A DNA stretch of 64,000 nucleotides, taken from Candidatus Woesebacteria bacterium. Its GTDB lineage: Bacteria; Patescibacteriota; Microgenomatia; UBA8517. Positions 19,055-27,148 of this stretch are shown piece by piece (positions within the stretch are counted from its first letter, which is position 1; each line of letters begins with the position of its first letter). The notes below the pieces were generated by a model that worked only from the letters and a program-made list of their open reading frames with translations, did no database searches and was not told where the DNA came from. The DNA is taken from positions 354,981 to 418,980 of the forward strand of contig OY970314.1 of the NCBI GenBank assembly GCA_963716475.1. The letters are read 5' to 3'. A program made the position numbers and the translations under genes.

Positions 19055-19138
19055 GCCGAGGTGGCGAAATGGTATACGCAAGGGCCTTAAGAGCCCTCGA
19101 GTGCATAACTCATGCGGGTCCGAGTCCCGCCCTCGGCA
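19055..19138 (+). tRNA. tRNA-Leu(TAA), integration site
   Basis: Anticodon arm AGGGC-CTTAAGA-GCCCT, long variable arm; T-loop reads TCCGAGT. Confidence 0.92.
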
Positions 19139-20723
19139 CAATACGGGATTCCTGATCGGCAAAGACCCGATTTTGCCATACATACGACATATTCTCAGGT
19201 CCGATCCATTTATTGTTTTCCATCACACTGTTTTGAGCTTCCTTGAAGTATAGAAACACGTTATTCGGTTTAATTTCAATCTTTTTGTCCTTTATTTTCA
19301 GGTCCGATCCGATTATTTTCAAAACCATCTCCCGAGTGTAAGCATCGCCAGTATCAAAAATTTTTAGTACATTCTTTGAGAAGTTTATCGCATTGTCGAG
19401 AACCTCTCCCCACATGGCAATCCTCTTGCTTGTTTGTTGTTCCTTGAGTACCTGCTCACGCATCAATAATTTCGACTTTTTGGCCTCATAGGTATCATTA
19501 TCAATAATTCCGTCTATTTTCATTCCATAGAGTTTTTCCTTTCTTTCGTCAATGTCATTAAGTTCTTTTGTGATTGATTCTCTTTGTTTTATTGAAAAGT
19601 TAAACTCCTCATTGTTCCGGCGTTTCAGGACTTTTCTGAAGTATTCGGCAAACTCGGGATTAAGTTGTAGTTGGGAAACATATTCTCTGATTTGTTTTTC
19701 AAGATCTGCTGCCCTCAGGTACTTCGAATCACAAGGACCCTTTTTCTTCGTACAGTGATAATGAGTAAATATATGAGAAGTTCCATTCTTATAATGTTTG
19801 GTTTTTCTCTCTCCTGTTATGGACGCGCCACAGGGACATTTGAAGATTCCCAAATAAGGGATTGGATCAACCAAAGAATTGGGAGATCCGGCGTTCTTTG
19901 AATCAAGAAGCTTTTGAACCCTTATAAACTCAGACATTGTTATCATTGGCTTATGTATTCCTGGGTAAGTTGTTCCAGAATAGACAAAGTTACCGGTATA
20001 GAAAATGTCCCGAAAAAATCTGAAAGCCACAGTCCTAGATATAGGATTGCCCTTCTTCCCGGTAAGTGCCATTGAGTTCATCTTTTTGAGTATCTGTGGG
20101 ATCGTATAGTGCCCTGTAAGCATCATCTCCCACGCTTTCCGACAAAGACTCCATACTCTTTCATCAGGAACAATATACCTTGCCCCCTTCGGGAATTGAG
20201 GAGTATTGGAATAACCCAAAGGTGCGTTACCGGGATATTCTCCTCGCTCTGCCTTTAATTGAAGTCTGGCTTTGATAATCTTGCTTAATTTGTTTGAATA
20301 CTCTTCATTGAAAAGACTTTCGACACCTGCTTTGAGAATGTTATTTGTATCATAGACGTCGGTCGGGGTTATGATTAGAAGTTTTCCTTGAGTGATAAGG
20401 TCCCGGCAAATACCGTTCTCTTCGCCATTTCTTCCGATCCTGTCCATATTCGAAGTGACAATCGTATCTACTTTGCCCTTCTTGACCAACTCGATCATCT
20501 TGAAAAACTCAACTCTAACATCAGCCTTCCAACCGGTTTTTGCTTCTATAAATGGAGGCGCGATTAGTTTGATTCCTCTGTCCTGAATGATTCTTTTGCA
20601 GATAGTAAGTTGATCCTGAAGCGATAATATCTGCTTATTTTTATCCTCTGAACTCTTCCTACAATAAATGACACCTTGCATATTACCTTCTTCCATAATT
20701 GTCCTTTCCAAGGGGGTTGTCAA
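19110..20723 (-). CDS. Large serine recombinase/integrase
   Basis: YCRKSSED, SLQDQ, DRIGRN, APLGY, FYTG...HKPMI, Zn ribbon CPCG...YHC...C, coiled coil. True start may be a few codons downstream. Confidence 0.95.
   Translation of the reverse strand: MTTPLERTIMEEGNMQGVIYCRKSSEDKNKQILSLQDQLTICKRIIQDRGIKLIAPPFIEAKTGWKADVRVEFFKMIELVKKGKVDTIVTSNMDRIGRNGEENGICRDLITQGKLLIITPTDVYDTNNILKAGVESLFNEEYSNKLSKIIKARLQLKAERGEYPGNAPLGYSNTPQFPKGARYIVPDERVWSLCRKAWEMMLTGHYTIPQILKKMNSMALTGKKGNPISRTVAFRFFRDIFYTGNFVYSGTTYPGIHKPMITMSEFIRVQKLLDSKNAGSPNSLVDPIPYLGIFKCPCGASITGERKTKHYKNGTSHIFTHYHCTKKKGPCDSKYLRAADLEKQIREYVSQLQLNPEFAEYFRKVLKRRNNEEFNFSIKQRESITKELNDIDERKEKLYGMKIDGIIDNDTYEAKKSKLLMREQVLKEQQTSKRIAMWGEVLDNAINFSKNVLKIFDTGDAYTREMVLKIIGSDLKIKDKKIEIKPNNVFLYFKEAQNSVMENNKWIGPENMSYVWQNRVFADQESRIVPRAGLGPA
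19120..19140 (+). repeat. attL core
   Basis: 3' end of tRNA-Leu(TAA), identical to 35866-35886. Confidence 0.92.
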
Positions 20724-20892
20724 TAGACTGAGTATTTAGCTCGGACCTGTCGAGTGATTCAAGAAACATAATCATTCGGGATGCCTGATCCTCACATTCT
20801 TCAAGTGTCAAATCAAGGTTGTAACATTTCTTGCAAAGCGCCTGAAATTCAAGAACTTCTTCGTGGTTTAGGTAGCCTGTTAGATATCTCAT
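20683..20892 (-). CDS. Small helical protein adjacent to the integrase (possible directionality factor)
   Basis: L..EEVLEFQAL...Y..DLT.EE pattern; position directly upstream of int. Function inferred. Confidence 0.65.
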   Translation of the reverse strand: MRYLTGYLNHEEVLEFQALCKKCYNLDLTLEECEDQASRMIMFLESLDRSELNTQSIDNPLGKDNYGRR

Positions 20893-20899
20893 TTTTTTC

Positions 20900-22642
20900 T
20901 CAATTTGTATCGTTTAAAATTTCCTCAAATTCCTTGAAATAATCGGATACAAATTTGTCGTCTTTTTGTATTTCTGATTTTTCAATAAATAGGTTGTCTT
21001 TGAACCTGACAACTTTCTTGGTACGCATTTCTTCGAAATCTTTTTTGGAGGCTTGCTTTAAGATGAAATTGTGGCTGTCGATAAACTTTCCGATTTCCTC
21101 TACCCACTTATCTATTTTGGACGTTAAATCCACTTCGTAAACTTTGGATAATTTTTCAAATAAATCTCTAAAAATTAACAGTGTGGAATAGTATTTTTTA
21201 AGTTCTTCAGTGGTGTTTTTAATTAATTCGTTTAGGCTATTGTCTTCAAATTCTATAACCCTTTCTCCATTTACCTCAGTCTCTTTTACAAACTCCATGA
21301 GCTCAATGTAATTCTTGATTCTGGCTATGGTTATTTGGGAGAAATTAAGGGCAAGTGGTTTACCATCTTCGTCCAGATTGGTGATCAAAAGTTCCCGGTC
21401 CAAATGTACCCCTTTTTGTTCCGGATCGTCATCTGCGTACAAAATTCCCAAGTTCGGATCGTAGCGGTCCACGTACTCATTGTGTTCCGCAATAAACTGA
21501 TAATTCCCTTTGAAGGCATAAAGACTATTTCCGGTGACAATATCTCCTTCCTTACTCATTTTTCCGGCAGAAATGAGGCTATCTAATGCGTTTTTGGATT
21601 TGGTTTTGGCCTTAATCCATTCCTTAAAGATAACATCTGAGGATGATTTGGTTACTCCGTTACAAGTTACAGTCTGTGTGGATTTAAATAGGGGCACATA
21701 TTCATCCAATAATCCGTTATCTAACCATTCCAGACAGACGGCTTTTAATTCCGAATCAACTGTTGTTTTGTGTTTGGCGGCATAATCATTAATGGCTTCC
21801 GCTATATTTTCAGCGGTATAGTCTAACAATGCTTCTTCAGGAGTCAGTTTCTTATCTTCCGATACCGCATCAAACGCTTTTTTAAACCTTTCCTCCTCCG
21901 GCAATGTATCCAGTTTGATCTTTCGTTTGTTAATCCACTTCTTAACAACTTCCTTTATGGGAATTGAAGCAAAATAATGCCAGAATTGATACTCCTTGGC
22001 GTATTGATTGTAGGATTTTTTAACAATCAGGTCTGCTAACTTGTTATTATCATCGGCTGTTAGTTTTTCCTTGCCGTCAAAGAGATTTGCAATTGCCTCT
22101 TCCTCGTCCAAATAATCAGTTTCATATTTAGCATCAGGGAAAAGAATTAATAAATCTTCTTGAAGCTCCTTACTTAAACTCTCAAAACCCAGTTGATATA
22201 CGGCGCGATTATAATCTAATCCTCCTTCTAATTTTACCTCCCGTTGTTTTTTGATTATCTCTAGAGCTTGATCAATCTTTACAAGCTTGATGTCATCCAA
22301 TCTTTCAACCCATCTTTTCAATTCCCTAAAAGCCGGGTAAATTAATAAAAAGTTGCTTATTTGTTTTTCCTGGAAAAAAGTAATTTGTGCATTTAGAAAT
22401 ATGGTCTGGGCATCGAGTTCAGCAAATCCGATTGTTCTCCAGCCTCTAATAAAAAGGTTATACTCTTTGACTTCGTAATTGTTCTTTGGTGTCCAACCTT
22501 CAGTTAAAGTATGTTCTTCTGCCTCGCTAAGTACAGCCTTACCAGTTTTTTGTTTCTCCATATAATTGTGAACAACAAGGAGAACTCTCTCTTTTGGAGT
22601 TAAGTTTTCTGAAATCCTAGCTAGATTTAAATCTTTTGACAT
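20900..22642 (-). CDS. Large helical hypothetical protein
   Basis: 580 aa ORF coupled to the upstream gene. Confidence 0.8.
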   Translation of the reverse strand: MSKDLNLARISENLTPKERVLLVVHNYMEKQKTGKAVLSEAEEHTLTEGWTPKNNYEVKEYNLFIRGWRTIGFAELDAQTIFLNAQITFFQEKQISNFLLIYPAFRELKRWVERLDDIKLVKIDQALEIIKKQREVKLEGGLDYNRAVYQLGFESLSKELQEDLLILFPDAKYETDYLDEEEAIANLFDGKEKLTADDNNKLADLIVKKSYNQYAKEYQFWHYFASIPIKEVVKKWINKRKIKLDTLPEEERFKKAFDAVSEDKKLTPEEALLDYTAENIAEAINDYAAKHKTTVDSELKAVCLEWLDNGLLDEYVPLFKSTQTVTCNGVTKSSSDVIFKEWIKAKTKSKNALDSLISAGKMSKEGDIVTGNSLYAFKGNYQFIAEHNEYVDRYDPNLGILYADDDPEQKGVHLDRELLITNLDEDGKPLALNFSQITIARIKNYIELMEFVKETEVNGERVIEFEDNSLNELIKNTTEELKKYYSTLLIFRDLFEKLSKVYEVDLTSKIDKWVEEIGKFIDSHNFILKQASKKDFEEMRTKKVVRFKDNLFIEKSEIQKDDKFVSDYFKEFEEILNDTN

Positions 22643-22643
22643 T

Positions 22644-23030
22644 TTAATGTTTTGAAATTGAGCGTTTGCGTTCCAAAAGAACGCTTTCTACCATCTCTAC
22701 CCGTTGGTTCAGATTGGAGGCTTCTAGGGCCTTTAGGATGTGGCTGGCGAGGTATCCTACGGTGTTAGCGATATTTGGGGGAATCTCACCGCTCCGGACG
22801 CCATTTATCGTGCTTTCAAGAAGGGTGGCCACTTCTGTCGGGTCTTTAATGCTTAGTGGTTCAAGATTCAGTTCAACCTTTTTACTGGCAAGGCCACCTC
22901 TGACAAGCGCCATATGTCTTTCGACTTCTACGTCTGGATTGTGGACAAAACAGTACACGCTCCCTTTCATGGATGCGGCACCGCATTGATCTCCGTTTTC
23001 TTTTATATAACTGCATTTTTTCTCTTCCAT
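22644..23030 (-). CDS. Cys/His zinc-finger protein (DUF5763/HGGxSTG-like)
   Basis: CSYIKENGDQC...YCFVHNP...GG; ATG at 23030. Confidence 0.7.
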   Translation of the reverse strand: MEEKKCSYIKENGDQCGAASMKGSVYCFVHNPDVEVERHMALVRGGLASKKVELNLEPLSIKDPTEVATLLESTINGVRSGEIPPNIANTVGYLASHILKALEASNLNQRVEMVESVLLERKRSISKH

Positions 23031-23143
23031 ATAAGTTACGCTTATGGGGTGTACCCCCCTCAAATTTGATATACTATTGTTTAGTTCTTTTTGCCTCCTA
23101 GTGGGTTCAGTTCCTAGTAGATTGACTAGGAGGCAATACAGAA

Positions 23144-23671
23144 CTACTCCTTTGTTATAAAAGGAGATTCCCCGTCAAAGATAAGATCCAGGTTGATCTG
23201 CTCTAAACGCTCATCAACCAGTTTTTGCATTTCCTTTGACAGCTTTACCTTTGGTTGGGGTAAAAGGGAATACTTAACGTCCATAGGGGAAGTCCCGTTT
23301 GTACGAGTGATCGTTACATCGTAGTCACGAAGATCTCCCCACGCTTCTGAATCCTCAAGACCTTTCATAAGCCTCTGCAATCCCGCTTGGGTCAACTCAA
23401 GGATCTGAACGTCTCCAAGTTCTTTATTTAAAACGACAAACATCCAAAAATGCTTTCCTCTGTTGCGCGGATCCGTTGCATTTCTTATCTCATCCGGAAG
23501 CTCATCGTATGTTCTAACACGAATTGGAGTTCTCTTTTTACCTTCTTCTTTCCAGTATTCAAAACCAACGATTGCGTTAGTAAGAACCCTGAAAGTGCTA
23601 TCGCCTTCATCAAACTTCATGTAGGCTGATCTGCTTTTTGGCATTTCATAGTCTTTGGGTAATATGCTCAT
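23144..23671 (-). CDS. Putative phage-type single-stranded DNA-binding protein
   Basis: YMKF.EG...RVL...WGDL..YDV.I.R...Y pattern, acidic/aromatic tail; strong SD AAAGGAGGTG. Confidence 0.6.
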   Translation of the reverse strand: MSILPKDYEMPKSRSAYMKFDEGDSTFRVLTNAIVGFEYWKEEGKKRTPIRVRTYDELPDEIRNATDPRNRGKHFWMFVVLNKELGDVQILELTQAGLQRLMKGLEDSEAWGDLRDYDVTITRTNGTSPMDVKYSLLPQPKVKLSKEMQKLVDERLEQINLDLIFDGESPFITKE

Positions 23672-24033
23672 ATTTTTCTCACCTCCTTTCCGCTGTATAA
23701 AAAGCAATACTTATTAAATTGAACTGAACTTTCTAATTTGAGCTGGTCCTTAACGGTCCAGGGTTCCGAGACGCCGAAGAGTGCTTCAATGTTGTTGATT
23801 AGAGGAAATATTACTTCAGCCTTATAAAATTCATGTTTTGGTTTGGAGCTTCTGATATAGGGAAGTGTGTATTCACAAAAGCTTTTGAACGTCTTTGTTG
23901 AGATAATTTTGTCAAATTCAATATATATTTTTGTGACATTTTCATTCTTGATAACAATTGCGTCAGCGTTCCTGTGGCAATAAGAACTAAGTACCTCGTC
24001 GCAGTTTACAAATTTGGTTACTAGGTATTTCAT
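23668..24033 (-). CDS. Hypothetical protein
   Basis: Overlaps both neighbours by 4 nt (ATGA coupling). Confidence 0.7.
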   Translation of the reverse strand: MKYLVTKFVNCDEVLSSYCHRNADAIVIKNENVTKIYIEFDKIISTKTFKSFCEYTLPYIRSSKPKHEFYKAEVIFPLINNIEALFGVSEPWTVKDQLKLESSVQFNKYCFLYSGKEVRKI

Positions 24034-25730
24034 ACGGGTTCGACCTCACTTTCTACAGGAAACATATTTTGTGATGCCTCCACGCCTTTCTGTGGCTGAA
24101 TGGGAGCATCGGAAGCACGGGAAGCATCCTCCGAGTTGCCAGCATGGTCTGTGTTTGTATCTGGCAACTTGTCAGCTACCCGTTGATTTGCTCCCATTGC
24201 CTCCATGCTTCCATTCTGGGGCTGGTTTTTCATGGAGGCATTTTCATTTACGGAAGCATTTTTTGTTTTCTTGAGGGTGATCGTGTTATTGGTAATTTCC
24301 TCGCCGTGGGTTACAGATATGCCCATCGCCGCAAGATTGGTTTTAATAAGATTTATCTTTCTCCAAAGCCATGTTGCAGATTTAGGGAACCCGTAACTTC
24401 CTCCAACTTCGAGTTTGTCTGCTGTAGCAAGTTTGGATAGTTCGGTAAAAAGGTCTGAGCTTGCCCCTGACCAGTCGTTATGGATTGACATAAACTCCAG
24501 AATTGTTTGGGCGACAGGGGAAGCGTCAATTGCAGCCTTATTTTGTCTGGCAATATTCTTTTCAAAAGCCTGTAAAAATCCATCAACTTCATATCCCAAA
24601 GAAACAGCTGCTGCGGCAGCTACTCTAGCGTAATCAGCCATACGGGGTCTGGTAGGAAGTTTAATATCCTCCTTAATCTTTAGAACCTGAGAAGCTATGT
24701 CAAAGAGGGCTCCAAGGATCTGGGGTTTTTCTTTTTCAAAATCATTCCAGAATTTAGTTTCTTCTCTGCGGTTTGAGTCACTGATTCTTTCAAGAGTAAA
24801 GATCAAACTTCGGTCAAGCAAATCAGCCTTCTCGGCTACCAGGTTTATTCCGTTTAGTCCAACTGCCACCAATAACTCAAATATAATATCGGAATCATCT
24901 GAGAATAATTTCCGTTTTGAAAAACCTAAACCTGTCACAAACCCGGATAAAGAATCCGAGCCTTCAGTTGAGAGGTAACTTAAATTATCAAAATACAGAC
25001 AATAATGGTGACTTGCCATTTGTGTCAGTTCATCTATGGCAGACCTCATCTTCAGTAGGTCAACACGGGAAGGGTCAATTAGCTTTCTGATGACACGGAG
25101 AAGGGTTGATTTCGCGCTGCCTTGCTCTCCTGTCGCGATTATCATTGCCCGAGGGATATCGCAGAAGAGAATAGCCACAAGATAAGTCAAAAACAAAATC
25201 TTGTCCTCGGAGTTTTTGAGGTTAACATACTCGAGTATTTTGCTCAATGCACCGCCTTTTTCAGGAATAGACTGAACCTTTTGATGAGTAAATCGTCGAA
25301 ATAGCGGCGCTTTTGCTTTTACAACTTCCCAGCCTGAGGGAGTTATCTCAACAATGTTGACGTCATCTCCAATATCGTAGGAGATAGTTTCCTCAATTTT
25401 AGCTATGCGATTAAAGAGTGATATTTTTATGCCTTCGTGTTGAGATTTTCCTTCCAATGCAGCCATAGCCTGAGAAAAGATTTCACTGGAAAAACCTTCA
25501 TTAAAAGCTTCCCAATAAACTCCTGAAACCCATCGTCTGAATACCGCACCGGAAACGGAGTAACCAACCGCGGGCCTATCTGGTAACTGTACTTGGGGTT
25601 CGCCAAATTGATCCAAAAAGAACTTGCAACCTCTCTTTAGCACCAGTGTTATCAATATGTCGCCAACTTTCTGCTGTTTGACTAATTCATTAGCCGCTTT
25701 GTCGAGTACTTCTTTATTTTTAGCTTTCAT
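24030..25730 (-). CDS. Primase-associated P-loop ATPase/helicase (SF3-like)
   Basis: Walker A GEQGSAKS, Walker B LYFDN, RKLFSD, DLLDR, RMADY. Confidence 0.8.
   Translation of the reverse strand: MKAKNKEVLDKAANELVKQQKVGDILITLVLKRGCKFFLDQFGEPQVQLPDRPAVGYSVSGAVFRRWVSGVYWEAFNEGFSSEIFSQAMAALEGKSQHEGIKISLFNRIAKIEETISYDIGDDVNIVEITPSGWEVVKAKAPLFRRFTHQKVQSIPEKGGALSKILEYVNLKNSEDKILFLTYLVAILFCDIPRAMIIATGEQGSAKSTLLRVIRKLIDPSRVDLLKMRSAIDELTQMASHHYCLYFDNLSYLSTEGSDSLSGFVTGLGFSKRKLFSDDSDIIFELLVAVGLNGINLVAEKADLLDRSLIFTLERISDSNRREETKFWNDFEKEKPQILGALFDIASQVLKIKEDIKLPTRPRMADYARVAAAAAVSLGYEVDGFLQAFEKNIARQNKAAIDASPVAQTILEFMSIHNDWSGASSDLFTELSKLATADKLEVGGSYGFPKSATWLWRKINLIKTNLAAMGISVTHGEEITNNTITLKKTKNASVNENASMKNQPQNGSMEAMGANQRVADKLPDTNTDHAGNSEDASRASDAPIQPQKGVEASQNMFPVESEVEPV
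24075..24258. repeat. Iteron-like GGRRGCA array, candidate element origin
   Basis: 9 copies in both orientations around a 9-bp inverted repeat (24134-24142 / 24161-24169). Confidence 0.65.
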
Positions 25731-26338
25731 ATTTGTAATTTGCTAACAATCTCCATAAATCCCATTTCCGGGTTAGTCTTTTGCATAAAATCGATTGCAT
25801 TGTTGCCATGGGCGGCACAGCCAAAACAGTGCCATGAACCATTCGGATAAATGTAAAAAGAAGGATTACGTTCTTCGTGGAATGGGCAAGCTACACGAAA
25901 CTTGCAACCACACGGCCTTGCGTCAGGAATCAAATCTTGAGTCGGGTACTCCCTTGCTTTTTGGACCTTGGCGCTGGTAGTATATTTAACTCCTGGTTCA
26001 TAGCCGGAGAGCCGTAGCCAGTATTTTAACCACTTTTTAAAGTTTTCTTCATGTAGTTCGACTGAACATTCCAACACTTTTTTGTGAAAATCGCTGAGGG
26101 GTTTGGCAGTTTTTATTTCGGCAAAAAATTTTTCCCTATCTGCATACAGTTCTTTAATTTTGGCTACGGCAACATCTTCGACGCAACTCTTAAATTCTGG
26201 TTCAATAGGAATGTACCGCGGTGGATTTGTTACTTTCCTTTTGAATTTAAGTGGGAAAGCCGTGTGGTTTATAACGAGTTGAGGTTGGCTATCCATAAAT
26301 TTGTTCACTGAAACCCAATCGATTCGAGATGTTTTCAT
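25727..26338 (-). CDS. CHC2 zinc-finger (primase Zn-binding) protein
   Basis: CPFHEERNPSF...WHCFGC...GNNAIDF. Confidence 0.88.
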   Translation of the reverse strand: MKTSRIDWVSVNKFMDSQPQLVINHTAFPLKFKRKVTNPPRYIPIEPEFKSCVEDVAVAKIKELYADREKFFAEIKTAKPLSDFHKKVLECSVELHEENFKKWLKYWLRLSGYEPGVKYTTSAKVQKAREYPTQDLIPDARPCGCKFRVACPFHEERNPSFYIYPNGSWHCFGCAAHGNNAIDFMQKTNPEMGFMEIVSKLQI

Positions 26339-26345
26339 AATTTCT

Positions 26346-26612
26346 TTATGTTTGTTGATACAATTTGTCCTTTAATTGTTTTATTGCCATCACAAATTTA
26401 CGAACATCAACCATAGACTCCGGTGAGTCCTCCGATGAATAATTGAAGTTTTGAAGTAATCGCTCACGTTCTGGAGTATCTAAAAAAACAAATTCGGAGC
26501 GTCTTGAATCAGTACGATCTATGTTGACAAGTTCCAACCCTTTGGTAAAAAGGAAAGCCGCAACATAAAAGTTGCTTGTTTTAAAATATCTGTCGTCACT
26601 TTTATCCTTCAT
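26346..26612 (-). CDS. DUF5659-like small DNA-binding protein
   Basis: FKTSNFYVAAFL..G.EL..IDR...R.EFVF. Confidence 0.7.
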   Translation of the reverse strand: MKDKSDDRYFKTSNFYVAAFLFTKGLELVNIDRTDSRRSEFVFLDTPERERLLQNFNYSSEDSPESMVDVRKFVMAIKQLKDKLYQQT

Positions 26613-26943
26613 ATGCGATTAGTCCTAAAAATTCGATGGGTGTCGCGGATTCCAATAGATACTCGCCGTTTTCTTCTCGGAGGATCTCTGAAAAAGTCAG
26701 ATGATTTGTATCAAGAAACCTCTTCTTTCGATAGGCTGCTTTTATTAAATCTCTAATCTTGTTATTCAGAATATTGTTTACGAAAGTCGAGGCTGAAGCG
26801 TACATGGGATTAAACAGATTGCCCTTAAGCCAAAGGTGAATCCGAAGTTCCTGGGCAACATCTTCCCAGTCCATATTGGGAACCTGGGCCTTGATGGCCT
26901 TTGCTACGATAACATTCTCATATTTAGAAAAAATTATACTCAT
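26602..26943 (-). CDS. Sigma70 region-2-like domain protein
   Basis: WEDVAQELRIHLW....FNP...S..TFV..I..NKIRDL; no region 4. Confidence 0.75.
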   Translation of the reverse strand: MSIIFSKYENVIVAKAIKAQVPNMDWEDVAQELRIHLWLKGNLFNPMYASASTFVNNILNNKIRDLIKAAYRKKRFLDTNHLTFSEILREENGEYLLESATPIEFLGLIAYEG

Positions 26944-26979
26944 ATCTATTGAAGGACTCTTGGAGTGGTTGAGGCCAAT

Positions 26980-27044
26980 AAAAAAGGGCTCTCAATCAAC
27001 CCCAATATGTCCATAATTCATATTGGAATCAATTGATAGCCCTT
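26980..27044 (-). terminator. Long leader hairpin plus U6 upstream of the replication operon
   Basis: AAGGGCT-c-TCAAT...CCAATATG/CATATTGG...ATTGA-t-AGCCCTT, followed by T6 on the minus strand. Confidence 0.6.
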
Positions 27045-27148
27045 CTTATCGCTACCTGGGTTAGCCTTGTTAGCTAACTATGTAAATTATACCATAAAAC
27101 CTAAAAACTTTTCGGGTTTTTATCCCCTCTATAGTAATATACGACAAT

